Source of the DNA: an uncultured Gammaproteobacteria bacterium
GTDB lineage: Bacteria > Patescibacteriota > Patescibacteriia > Patescibacteriales > UBA12465
NCBI GenBank assembly: GCA_964404515.1
Contig: CAYOKE010000001.1
Coordinates: forward strand, 1 to 63,268
DNA: 63,268 bases
Direction: 5' to 3'
Shown here: in pieces, positions 8,286 to 15,708 of the stretch
Layout of the letters: each line of letters opens with the position of its first letter
Numbering within the stretch: position 1 is the stretch's first letter
Program-made: the position numbers and the translations under genes
The notes under the pieces: generated by a model
What the model was told of the DNA's origin: nothing
Seen by the model: only the letters and a program-made list of their open reading frames with translations
Databases searched by the model: none

Positions 8286-9769
8286 TTTTTAACTTGCAGT
8301 TGACGCAGGCCGTAACGAATCAGATTCTCATTATCTAATAGGCTCCCGGCTTTGCTTTTAGAACCGAAATTAATGGCAATCAGGTTACCGGCGGCGGTCT
8401 TCACCCGCGTCACCAGACAATGACCGGCCTCTTCAAGATATCCGGTCTTGGAACCGATAATCGGATAATCTTTGGCCCGCACCATATCATTTGTGTTTGT
8501 CAGGGTATGCGCCTTCTTGGTGTTTACCGTCTTAAAGGTATACTTAGCGGTCGTACTGATCTTAACCAGGAGGGGATTAGTGAAGACCTCTTTAGTAATT
8601 ATAGCATAATCATAAGGCGAACTCACGTTCTTGGGGTCAAGCCCGGTCGGGTCGAAAAATCTGGTACTAGTCGCGCCCCAAGCCATGGCCTTTTCATTCA
8701 TCTTTTTAATGAATTCTGCCCGACTCAAACCGCTGACGCGTACTAGGGTCTCAATAGCATTGTTGGCTGACCCGACAAGGGCACTATACAACAAATTTTC
8801 TACGGTCAAAGTTTCCCCTTCTTTGACCTTGAGCCGCGCCGATTCGCCTGGAGCGCAATATTCATAGTTATATTTCTCGTCCTGGTACTTATAGGCCACG
8901 ACCTTATTGAGACTGGGGCGGGTATCCAGGAAAACACGAATAGCCACTAATTTACTCAGGCTAGCGAGGGGGGAAACGTTTCTCTCATTCTTGCCCCAGA
9001 TTACTTCCCCGGTCTTCTCGGAAATGATTATCGCTGAAGAGGCGGTTAGATTCGGTTCGCTGCCAATCTGGGGCCATTCTTGGACTAAGGGCGAATTAAT
9101 CGTCTTCTTAGCTTCTATCTTGACCCGGATTAAGCCGACGCTGGTCGGTGCCAGTTTTTGGAAAGCGACCTTGTCTAAGTCGATAACCCGATCAGGATGT
9201 TTGTCGCGTTCTGGCCCCCAATCATTAATCGTCACCTCTACTTTCTTGCCGTTATCGAGGTTAGTAACGACGAGCACTGAGCCTTTCAGAAAATCTGGCG
9301 AAGCAGCAAAAAGCCCGTTCTTATACTTATACCAGCTAGCCGTCCCGACCGTCAGGATATCAGGATTGGCCGCTAGGATCAGTTTCCCGGTCGTCGCCGT
9401 GATTTCGGCCGTCACATACTTGCCGATCGGTTCATCTCTAGTCAAGAGCGGCTGCCAGGTTCCAGCTAACTGGTCAAAAACAAAAATCTGCTTCAAATAG
9501 TTATTCTTTTCATCATAGTTGATCTTGGCCTGCATCGGGCGGCTAGGGTCATAGGTCTCTGGTTGACTGAAAGAGTATTCGAAAACTGGCGATAGCGCTT
9601 GCCATTGCCAAGAAAGGTTATCGGGCGTGCTAGTTGAAACAGTTGCTTGGCCGGAGAACCCTGGCGTCGTGAACCCGAGCGTCGCTGCTTTCGCGCCAAC
9701 CGCACCCAAAAACAAAAAAATGGCGCTGACGAACAAAGATTGAACTAGCTTTTTCAACATAAGTCTCAA
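8282..9769 (-). CDS. Secreted fusion of an RlpA-like double-psi beta-barrel domain and an S11 D-alanyl-D-alanine carboxypeptidase domain
   Basis: 495 aa with an N-terminal signal peptide. DPBB signature: GTASWYKY...VLVVTNLDNGKKVEVTINDWGPE...RVIDLDKVAF. PBP motifs: SxxK (ASLSKL), SxN (GSANN), KTG (GSKTGY). Its stop overlaps the ftsE start by 4 nt. Confidence 0.8.
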   Translation of the reverse strand: MRLMLKKLVQSLFVSAIFLFLGAVGAKAATLGFTTPGFSGQATVSTSTPDNLSWQWQALSPVFEYSFSQPETYDPSRPMQAKINYDEKNNYLKQIFVFDQLAGTWQPLLTRDEPIGKYVTAEITATTGKLILAANPDILTVGTASWYKYKNGLFAASPDFLKGSVLVVTNLDNGKKVEVTINDWGPERDKHPDRVIDLDKVAFQKLAPTSVGLIRVKIEAKKTINSPLVQEWPQIGSEPNLTASSAIIISEKTGEVIWGKNERNVSPLASLSKLVAIRVFLDTRPSLNKVVAYKYQDEKYNYEYCAPGESARLKVKEGETLTVENLLYSALVGSANNAIETLVRVSGLSRAEFIKKMNEKAMAWGATSTRFFDPTGLDPKNVSSPYDYAIITKEVFTNPLLVKISTTAKYTFKTVNTKKAHTLTNTNDMVRAKDYPIIGSKTGYLEEAGHCLVTRVKTAAGNLIAINFGSKSKAGSLLDNENLIRYGLRQLQVKK

Positions 9770-9814
9770 TTGACTAAATCAATTCCTTAAGTTTATAATG
9801 ATTAAAGTCTGAAG

Positions 9815-9889
9815 GCGGGTGTCGTATAATGGTTATTACGTCAGCTTCCCAAGCTGAAGAAGGCGGTCCGATTCCGCTCACCCGCTCCA
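9815..9889 (+). tRNA. tRNA-Gly (anticodon CCC)
   Basis: Manual cloverleaf of 75 nt: acceptor GCGGGUG/CACCCGC, anticodon arm UCAGC-UUCCCAA-GCUGA, T arm GGCGG-UCCGAUU-CCGCU, discriminator U, encoded CCA. Confidence 0.85.
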
Positions 9890-9903
9890 AAAACCCGTCT
9901 TTT

Positions 9904-9976
9904 GCCGAGATAGCTCAGCTGGTAGAGCAACGCACTCGTAACGCGTAGGTCGCGGGTTCAAATCCCGCTCTCGGCT
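9904..9976 (+). tRNA. tRNA-Thr (anticodon CGU)
   Basis: Manual cloverleaf of 73 nt: acceptor GCCGAGA/UCUCGGC, D arm GCUC-AGCUGGUA-GAGC, anticodon loop CUCGUAA, T arm GCGGG-UUCAAAU-CCCGC, no encoded CCA. Confidence 0.9.
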
Positions 9977-9980
9977 CCGA

Positions 9981-10412
9981 TTAATCAAAGAAATACTGCC
10001 ACCACTTGACTAGATTACTATCTAGGGACGCGGTGGCCAAATTGTTATCGCCGCTTACTAGCGGCCTTTTTTCTTCCACAACCAGAACCTGTTCGCCCGG
10101 CTTCTTCAGATTAAGATTCAATCTAGCCTGTTCTTCCAGAGATTGATCAGATTGCAGGTAGGTAATCATATCCCTGAGGCTCTGGTTCTGGCTTTCGAAA
10201 TCATCTATTTGCTTCTGGACGTCGGCGATCTCTGCCTCTACTAGACGTCTCTGGCTATAAGTCTTAGCTAGCGGAAAGATGATGATGACCAAAAAAACTA
10301 GACCGACAATCGCCAAAAAACGCTGGTTGGTAACCAGGCGGTAGAAAAAGTTCGTTGATTTGGACGATTGCTCCGCCGCTAAAATGCGGGGGTGGAATTT
10401 CTGCTTAACCAT
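9981..10412 (-). CDS. Septum formation initiator (FtsB/DivIC-like) protein
   Basis: 143 aa. Single N-terminal TM followed by a coiled coil (LVEAEIADVQKQIDDFESQNQSLRDMITYLQSD) and a typical ending, LNLKKPGEQVLVV. Confidence 0.65.
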   Translation of the reverse strand: MVKQKFHPRILAAEQSSKSTNFFYRLVTNQRFLAIVGLVFLVIIIFPLAKTYSQRRLVEAEIADVQKQIDDFESQNQSLRDMITYLQSDQSLEEQARLNLNLKKPGEQVLVVEEKRPLVSGDNNLATASLDSNLVKWWQYFFD

Positions 10413-10455
10413 CTTTTATATTATAACACAAAAGACGGTTTTCAAAAAAATCGCG

Positions 10456-12054
10456 CTAGAGGCGCGACTTCGGAGTGACCCAAAACCCCATATATCGGCC
10501 GAACATCAGCCGGATCTGCGCCTCCAGGCATGGAATTGCTCCGAAGGCGACGATCGTGACCGGCACGAATACCCATTCCAGGACCATTTTTACATTTTTC
10601 CAAAAAGTATATTTCTTCGGCCGTTTTGGCAACAATAAGGCGGATAACACGGCAGACAAGATCAGCCCGATCATAGCGAAATTCATCAGATTCTGGGTAA
10701 TGAATGGCAAATTGCCGGACAAAACAGTCGAATTGAAGCGGTCGCCGCCTAGAAGCATGGGCATCCAACCGACGACGGCGATAATCAAGGCGTTTGTCGC
10801 CCAAGCGTGAAAACCGTAAATCTGGACAAATATATGGCCAATAATCCGTCCCTTGTCTAATCCCGGGTAATGCCATTCTTTCTTGGCATTAAACATGAGG
10901 TAGGGGATATTCTCTCCGCCCCAAGCCCAGCGCCGCTGCTGCTTATATAAGCTCTTGGCGGTCTGCCACATGTTCTGGTCATGGGTAACATCCATAGAAA
11001 CCTCGAAATTGAGAGGCTCGACGCGATAATGGCCATGGTAATACATCAAACAATGCCAGAAGATGCGGGAGTCCTCGGAAACGTTCTTGGTCGACCAGAA
11101 ACCGATTTCAACCAGAGCCCGCCAAGTCATGGAATGAGAAGAATAGGTTACCAGGCTCTCTTGGCGTACTTGCATGATCATCTGCCAAAAGGTATTGGAA
11201 GAAGCGGCGACACGGGAGAAGAAAGGCGCGCTCCAGATATTATTATGATAGACCGGAATCGGCTGATAACTGGCATGATAGGGGTCGCTCACCGTCAGGA
11301 ACTTATAGGCTAAGGCGGAAAAATAGCCGGCCTTTACCACCGTATCGATATCAAAGACGCTAACCAATATCTTGCCATAATCTAAGTCCAACCGATCGAT
11401 GATATCCCTTTTGACTTCTCGCGCGCACCAGGCCTGATTAGCCCCCTTGCCTTTAAGTTCGCCTACTAAGCCGTCTGGATGGAAAGTAATCAGAAAATGA
11501 CCAAAACGCCCGGAAAATTTTTCCTGGATTGCCGCAGCACGCTGCTTCGCCTCCTCTAAGCCGGCCCGCTCTTCCATCGTTATAGCGACGATCATTCTCT
11601 CGGGCGGGAAGCCATCAGCCAGGAGAGAGCCCAAGCAATCGCTGATTATCTCTACGCTCTCCTTATAAGTCGGCAGGATAATAAGCTGCCATAGTTCATC
11701 CCAGGATACGCCCTGGCGCGCCAGAGAATCGGCCGCCACTTTATCCTCAAATTCACCGGCTTTCAGCTGGCGACAAGCGGCGATCCAATCGGTCTTCAAA
11801 CCTTTCCTCAAACGGCGATAGGAAGTAATGATGAAAATCGCATAGTAGATGACCAAAAGCAGCCAATAAACATCGAAGGCGATGATGAAATAGGCCACCC
11901 AGATTGGCTTGAAATAAGAGAAAACCACTAATACAACCAGGGTAAGGATAGATAATAATCCAGGAAATATCTCTAACATTCGATAAATTATTCGATCACC
12001 TCCCTGGAGCTCGGTCGCCTTCCCTATTTTTAGATAATCAACGGATTGAACCAT
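10456..12054 (-). CDS. Membrane-embedded processive family-2 glycosyltransferase (cellulose/chitin-synthase-like)
   Basis: 532 aa. TM helices on both sides of a cytoplasmic GT-A domain. Q(Q/R)xRW motif present (KQQRRWAWGGEN). Confidence 0.75.
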   Translation of the reverse strand: MVQSVDYLKIGKATELQGGDRIIYRMLEIFPGLLSILTLVVLVVFSYFKPIWVAYFIIAFDVYWLLLVIYYAIFIITSYRRLRKGLKTDWIAACRQLKAGEFEDKVAADSLARQGVSWDELWQLIILPTYKESVEIISDCLGSLLADGFPPERMIVAITMEERAGLEEAKQRAAAIQEKFSGRFGHFLITFHPDGLVGELKGKGANQAWCAREVKRDIIDRLDLDYGKILVSVFDIDTVVKAGYFSALAYKFLTVSDPYHASYQPIPVYHNNIWSAPFFSRVAASSNTFWQMIMQVRQESLVTYSSHSMTWRALVEIGFWSTKNVSEDSRIFWHCLMYYHGHYRVEPLNFEVSMDVTHDQNMWQTAKSLYKQQRRWAWGGENIPYLMFNAKKEWHYPGLDKGRIIGHIFVQIYGFHAWATNALIIAVVGWMPMLLGGDRFNSTVLSGNLPFITQNLMNFAMIGLILSAVLSALLLPKRPKKYTFWKNVKMVLEWVFVPVTIVAFGAIPCLEAQIRLMFGRYMGFWVTPKSRL

Positions 12055-12056
12055 AG

Positions 12057-12635
12057 TTAAATCATTCCCCTCCTTTTTAGCTCAAAAAAGCATTCGGCGC
12101 AAGCACGGACGTCGAAAAGGGCGTCGTGCGCTTCCGGAAAACCGGTTCGGAATAGGAAGTTATAGAGTTCGGTCAAATTGGGCCATTTATAGCCTCCTCG
12201 ACCGTTATCGATCTGGCAAACGGCCGCCGAAGACCGCATCGTGCAGATCTTATTAGCTAAAGATAGATGGTTTGGCAAACCTAAGCGCAATAATTCCGAG
12301 CCGACTATCTTATCATCGAAATCGACATTATGACCGACCAAATGGGACGCCTTTTGAACGTCCTTCAGAAAATGCTCCAAGGCTTTTTTCAATTCCACCC
12401 CCTCGGCCATCGCCCGCTCTTGAGAGATGCGGTGGATATTGGTCGCTTCAATCGGGATAACGAAACCATCTGGCTTAATAACATAGTTATAGCTCTCCCA
12501 ATGTTGGCCGTCAGCATCATAAAGGCTCCAAGCAATCTGGACGATACGTGGCCAATTCAAAAAATCATCAAGCGGTGCTTGATAATTGCGGGGCAACCCA
12601 GTTGTTTCCGTATCAAAAAATAAATACATAGTCAA
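12057..12635 (-). CDS. DEDDh 3'-5' exonuclease (DnaQ/epsilon-like)
   Basis: 192 aa. Exo I FFDTETTGL, Exo II LVGHNVDFDDK, Exo III HDALFDVRA. Its start overlaps the stop of the upstream ATPase by 4 nt. Confidence 0.85.
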   Translation of the reverse strand: MTMYLFFDTETTGLPRNYQAPLDDFLNWPRIVQIAWSLYDADGQHWESYNYVIKPDGFVIPIEATNIHRISQERAMAEGVELKKALEHFLKDVQKASHLVGHNVDFDDKIVGSELLRLGLPNHLSLANKICTMRSSAAVCQIDNGRGGYKWPNLTELYNFLFRTGFPEAHDALFDVRACAECFFELKRRGMI

Positions 12636-14428
12636 TTCTTGATAATTATTTCTTCGCCTTCGCTCAATTCTCCTTCTTCAATCGGCTCCTCTTTAGCTGG
12701 AACTGGCGGGACGATTTTCATCGTCCGGCCCTTGAAATCAACCGGCTGAGCCTTAGCTAGATCCCCCAGCGACAAGGTCGCTACTGGTTCGGCAACTTCT
12801 TCTTCTAAAGTTGCAAAGTGGCGGCGCTCCGCTTCTTTTGCCTCTTGGCGCTTGGCAACCTCCAGGCGCTTCTCCTCCTTCCTGCGACTCAGGCAATCCC
12901 GGCAATAGACTGGTCGGATGCCATCTGGAACGAACGCGACCGTAGTCAATTTACCGCAGCCATCGCAAGCCACTTCCGGCCCGCTCTTTACGATGCGTGG
13001 ATGGTTGGGAGGGGGGGTAACACTAGCGGCCTTGGCTGCTGACCAAGGTAATCCGGCTGGCCTTACGGTCGAAGCCGCATTTTTTTTCGCCGGCGCGGAA
13101 GGCGCCGGTTTCCTGACTATCTGGTTGGCGACCGCCCTATCTTCATCGCCGTAATTCTCGTGCCAACGCATAATCTTCTCTTCGACTACGCTCCGGTCAG
13201 TCGCATATTTTTCCCGGGAATAATTGATGACTTTTTCGGCGTTCCCCGTCTTTTCTTCATTATTAAGCGGCGGCAAACCGCGGGCCGAAAAGGGCGAAGA
13301 GGCGATTCCGTCAATCATCAACTTCAGATACATCTCATATTTCGGCAGGTTGACGATGTCCTCTTCTGTAAAAGTCGGGGTGAATTCCTTAACCAGCTCT
13401 TCGGCGTCGATCGCTCCGACCCGGAAAACGACCATGGTCCCAACGTTCCCAAAAACTGCCGCCTTAACCTTGTCTCCCAGCTGTTCGATATACTGGTGAG
13501 CCAAGATGAGATTCAGGCGATATTTGCGGGCCTCGGATAGGATATTAGCGAAGCTGTCGGTAGAGAAATTCTGGAATTCGTCGATATAGAGATAGAAATC
13601 GCGGCGTTCTTTTTCCGGCACATCCACTCGGCTCATGGCTGCCAGCTGGATCTTCGTGATCATCATCGCCCCCAGGAGGGCAGAATTATCCTCGCCGATG
13701 CGGCCTTTAGACAGATTCATAATCAGGATCTTACCATTATCCATGATATCGCGGATATCGATTGCCGACTTCACCTGACCAATGATATTTCTCATGAGCG
13801 AGCTAGACAAGAATTGGCCAACCTTATTCTGGATAGGAGAAACTGCTTCTGAGGCGAACTTGTCGGCATAGCCGGAAAATTCCTTCTCCCAGAAAGCCTT
13901 CACGACCGGGTCTTTGATATTGGCTACAACCTTCTTGCGGTAATTCTTATCTGAAAGCATGCGGACCACGCCAAGAAGAGTCGAGCCCGGAAAATCGAGG
14001 ATGGCTAAAATAGCATTACGCAATATATACTCTAAGCGTGGTCCCCAGGAATCGGCCCAGAGTTTCTGGAAGACGCCGATGAGGCCGGAAGCGACCAGGT
14101 GCCGCAAGTGAGGCTCGACCTGCTCGACGACATTGAAGGCGATGGGGTAGTTGATATCGGAAGGATTGAAATAGACGACGTCATTTACCCTTTCCGATGG
14201 GATATACTCAATTATCTTTTCAGCTAAATCGCCATGCGGATCAACGACGGCCACGCCATATCCGGCGCGGATGTCATCCACGATCATATTCTCTAAAACG
14301 GTCGACTTCCCCATGCCGGTCTTCCCAATCAAATACATATGCCGGCGACGGTCGTCGATTTTGATTCCGAATTTCTTGAATTCGTTGCGATAGGTTGTCT
14401 GCGCGAAAACCGCAATCTCACTATTCAT
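12632..14428 (-). CDS. VirD4/TraD-like (T4SS coupling-protein-type) P-loop ATPase with a C-terminal CxxC-x17-CxxC zinc ribbon
   Basis: 598 aa. Walker A LIGKTGMGKST, Walker B-like FYLYIDEFQNF, then RKYRLNLILAHQYIEQL, typical of TraD/TrwB/HerA-type hexameric ATPases. No N-terminal TM anchor. The tail has a low-complexity A/P-rich linker and then CDGCGKLTTVAFVPDGIRPVYCRDC (nt 12893-12967). Confidence 0.7.
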   Translation of the reverse strand: MNSEIAVFAQTTYRNEFKKFGIKIDDRRRHMYLIGKTGMGKSTVLENMIVDDIRAGYGVAVVDPHGDLAEKIIEYIPSERVNDVVYFNPSDINYPIAFNVVEQVEPHLRHLVASGLIGVFQKLWADSWGPRLEYILRNAILAILDFPGSTLLGVVRMLSDKNYRKKVVANIKDPVVKAFWEKEFSGYADKFASEAVSPIQNKVGQFLSSSLMRNIIGQVKSAIDIRDIMDNGKILIMNLSKGRIGEDNSALLGAMMITKIQLAAMSRVDVPEKERRDFYLYIDEFQNFSTDSFANILSEARKYRLNLILAHQYIEQLGDKVKAAVFGNVGTMVVFRVGAIDAEELVKEFTPTFTEEDIVNLPKYEMYLKLMIDGIASSPFSARGLPPLNNEEKTGNAEKVINYSREKYATDRSVVEEKIMRWHENYGDEDRAVANQIVRKPAPSAPAKKNAASTVRPAGLPWSAAKAASVTPPPNHPRIVKSGPEVACDGCGKLTTVAFVPDGIRPVYCRDCLSRRKEEKRLEVAKRQEAKEAERRHFATLEEEVAEPVATLSLGDLAKAQPVDFKGRTMKIVPPVPAKEEPIEEGELSEGEEIIIKN

Positions 14429-14436
14429 AATTTATC

Positions 14437-14754
14437 CTAACGTCCTTTGATATTTATCAAATTCTTCAGACTATCGATCTGCTGGTTAGAACTTTCGATC
14501 TGTTCGGAATAAGACTTAAAGACGCCGGCGTAACCCTCCAAATAGTTAGCCATCGCCTTCAAAGAAATGAAGCCCAAGATGACGACCAGGATGACAATCG
14601 CCCATTTGATCGACCCCCAGATGACCTGCCAACGGAAATAGTTCTTTATGAACCTGAGCTCCTTGGCCATCTCTTGGTTGAGGGCTAATATTTCAGACAA
14701 AATCTCCGCCGGCCTCTTGGCCTCCGGTTCGGGAGAAAGATTTTGTTCGGACAT
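14437..14754 (-). CDS. Small single-pass membrane protein, unknown function
   Basis: 105-aa ORF with one central hydrophobic helix (WAIVILVVILGFISL). Lies 8 nt upstream of the ATPase gene. Confidence 0.5.
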   Translation of the reverse strand: MSEQNLSPEPEAKRPAEILSEILALNQEMAKELRFIKNYFRWQVIWGSIKWAIVILVVILGFISLKAMANYLEGYAGVFKSYSEQIESSNQQIDSLKNLINIKGR

Positions 14755-14790
14755 ATTTTTTATGATTAAACCTGTAAAGCGCCGACGGGA

Positions 14791-15516
14791 TCAACCCCGG
14801 ACTGCGCAGTGTTCGGCATATCCCCGGCCGATAGAAGCGAACTCCTCCATTTCCGATAAAGAGTACCCCGCTTGCTTCTGGTATCCTTTGTCGATCAGGT
14901 CCGTATCTGACTTAAAACGCTGGAGATACCAATGTTTAGCGCCCTTGATTATTTCGCCCATCTTGGCGAAATCCTCTTTAACCAGCAAGCCGGGGACGAC
15001 TGTCGTCCGGAATTCATAGGGCAAGCCGCTCGACATTATTATTTTAACACTTTTTTCCAGATTACGAAAATCGATCGGTACGCCGACCGTCTCTTCGTAT
15101 TTGTTCCTGGGCGCTTTCAGATCCATGGCGATATAATCAATCAGTTTTTCCTCGATTAGCCGAGCAAGCATCTCCGGATTAGTGCCGTTAGTATCCAGCT
15201 TGACCAGATAACCGATATCCTTGATTTTCTTAATAAAATCCGGGAGATCCGAATGCAAAGTCGGCTCCCCGCCAGTGATGACTACGCCTTCTAGGCGGCC
15301 GTATCTTTCCCGTAAAAAAAGAAAAAGGTCTTTAGTGGAAAACGATGGGGAAAAACCTTTTTCTTTTATGTTTTCGTCCTTTCCCGTTTGGGGCAGGACA
15401 AGCATAGGGTTATAGCAGAAATGGCAGCGGAAATTACAACCTTGGGTAAAGATAATGGCCGCTAGGTGATCAGGGTAATCGATAAGAGATAGTTTCTCTA
15501 AACCGCCGATAACCAT
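14791..15516 (-). CDS. nrdG: Anaerobic ribonucleotide reductase activating enzyme (radical SAM)
   Basis: 241 aa. CxxxCxxC cluster motif GCNFRCHFCYNP. Positioned downstream of nrdD. Confidence 0.85.
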   Translation of the reverse strand: MVIGGLEKLSLIDYPDHLAAIIFTQGCNFRCHFCYNPMLVLPQTGKDENIKEKGFSPSFSTKDLFLFLRERYGRLEGVVITGGEPTLHSDLPDFIKKIKDIGYLVKLDTNGTNPEMLARLIEEKLIDYIAMDLKAPRNKYEETVGVPIDFRNLEKSVKIIMSSGLPYEFRTTVVPGLLVKEDFAKMGEIIKGAKHWYLQRFKSDTDLIDKGYQKQAGYSLSEMEEFASIGRGYAEHCAVRG

Positions 15517-15534
15517 AGGGTTCTCTGATCCGAA

Positions 15535-15675
15535 TTACTCGGCGCAAACCTTGAAAGTCTTGCGGTCCTTGTATTCGGACGCCTTGCCTGGGTTATAGTT
15601 CTTAACCGGGGTCAACCAGCCGACGACGCGGCTGTAGATGATGCATTCCTGGCGTTGTGTCTGGATGGGGCTCAT
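15535..15675 (-). CDS. Stand-alone glycyl-radical peptide corresponding to the C-terminus of NrdD
   Basis: Not in the ORF track because it is under 60 aa. Hand translation: MSPIQTQRQECIIYSRVVGWLTPVKNYNPGKASEYKDRKTFKVCAE. It contains the class III RNR glycyl-radical consensus (YSRVxGY/W..PV..WN.GK..E...R). An alternative in-frame ATG at 15687 gives 50 aa. Confidence 0.75.
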   Translation of the reverse strand: MSPIQTQRQECIIYSRVVGWLTPVKNYNPGKASEYKDRKTFKVCAE

Positions 15676-15708
15676 ATATATTCGCATTATAAACTATAAT
15701 TATCTAAA

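Noticed and set aside
10442-10876. 144-aa minus-strand ORF overlapping the 3' end of the GT2 gene
   Set aside because: It is an alternative frame inside a well-supported 532-aa gene, with an Arg-rich translation typical of off-frame reading.
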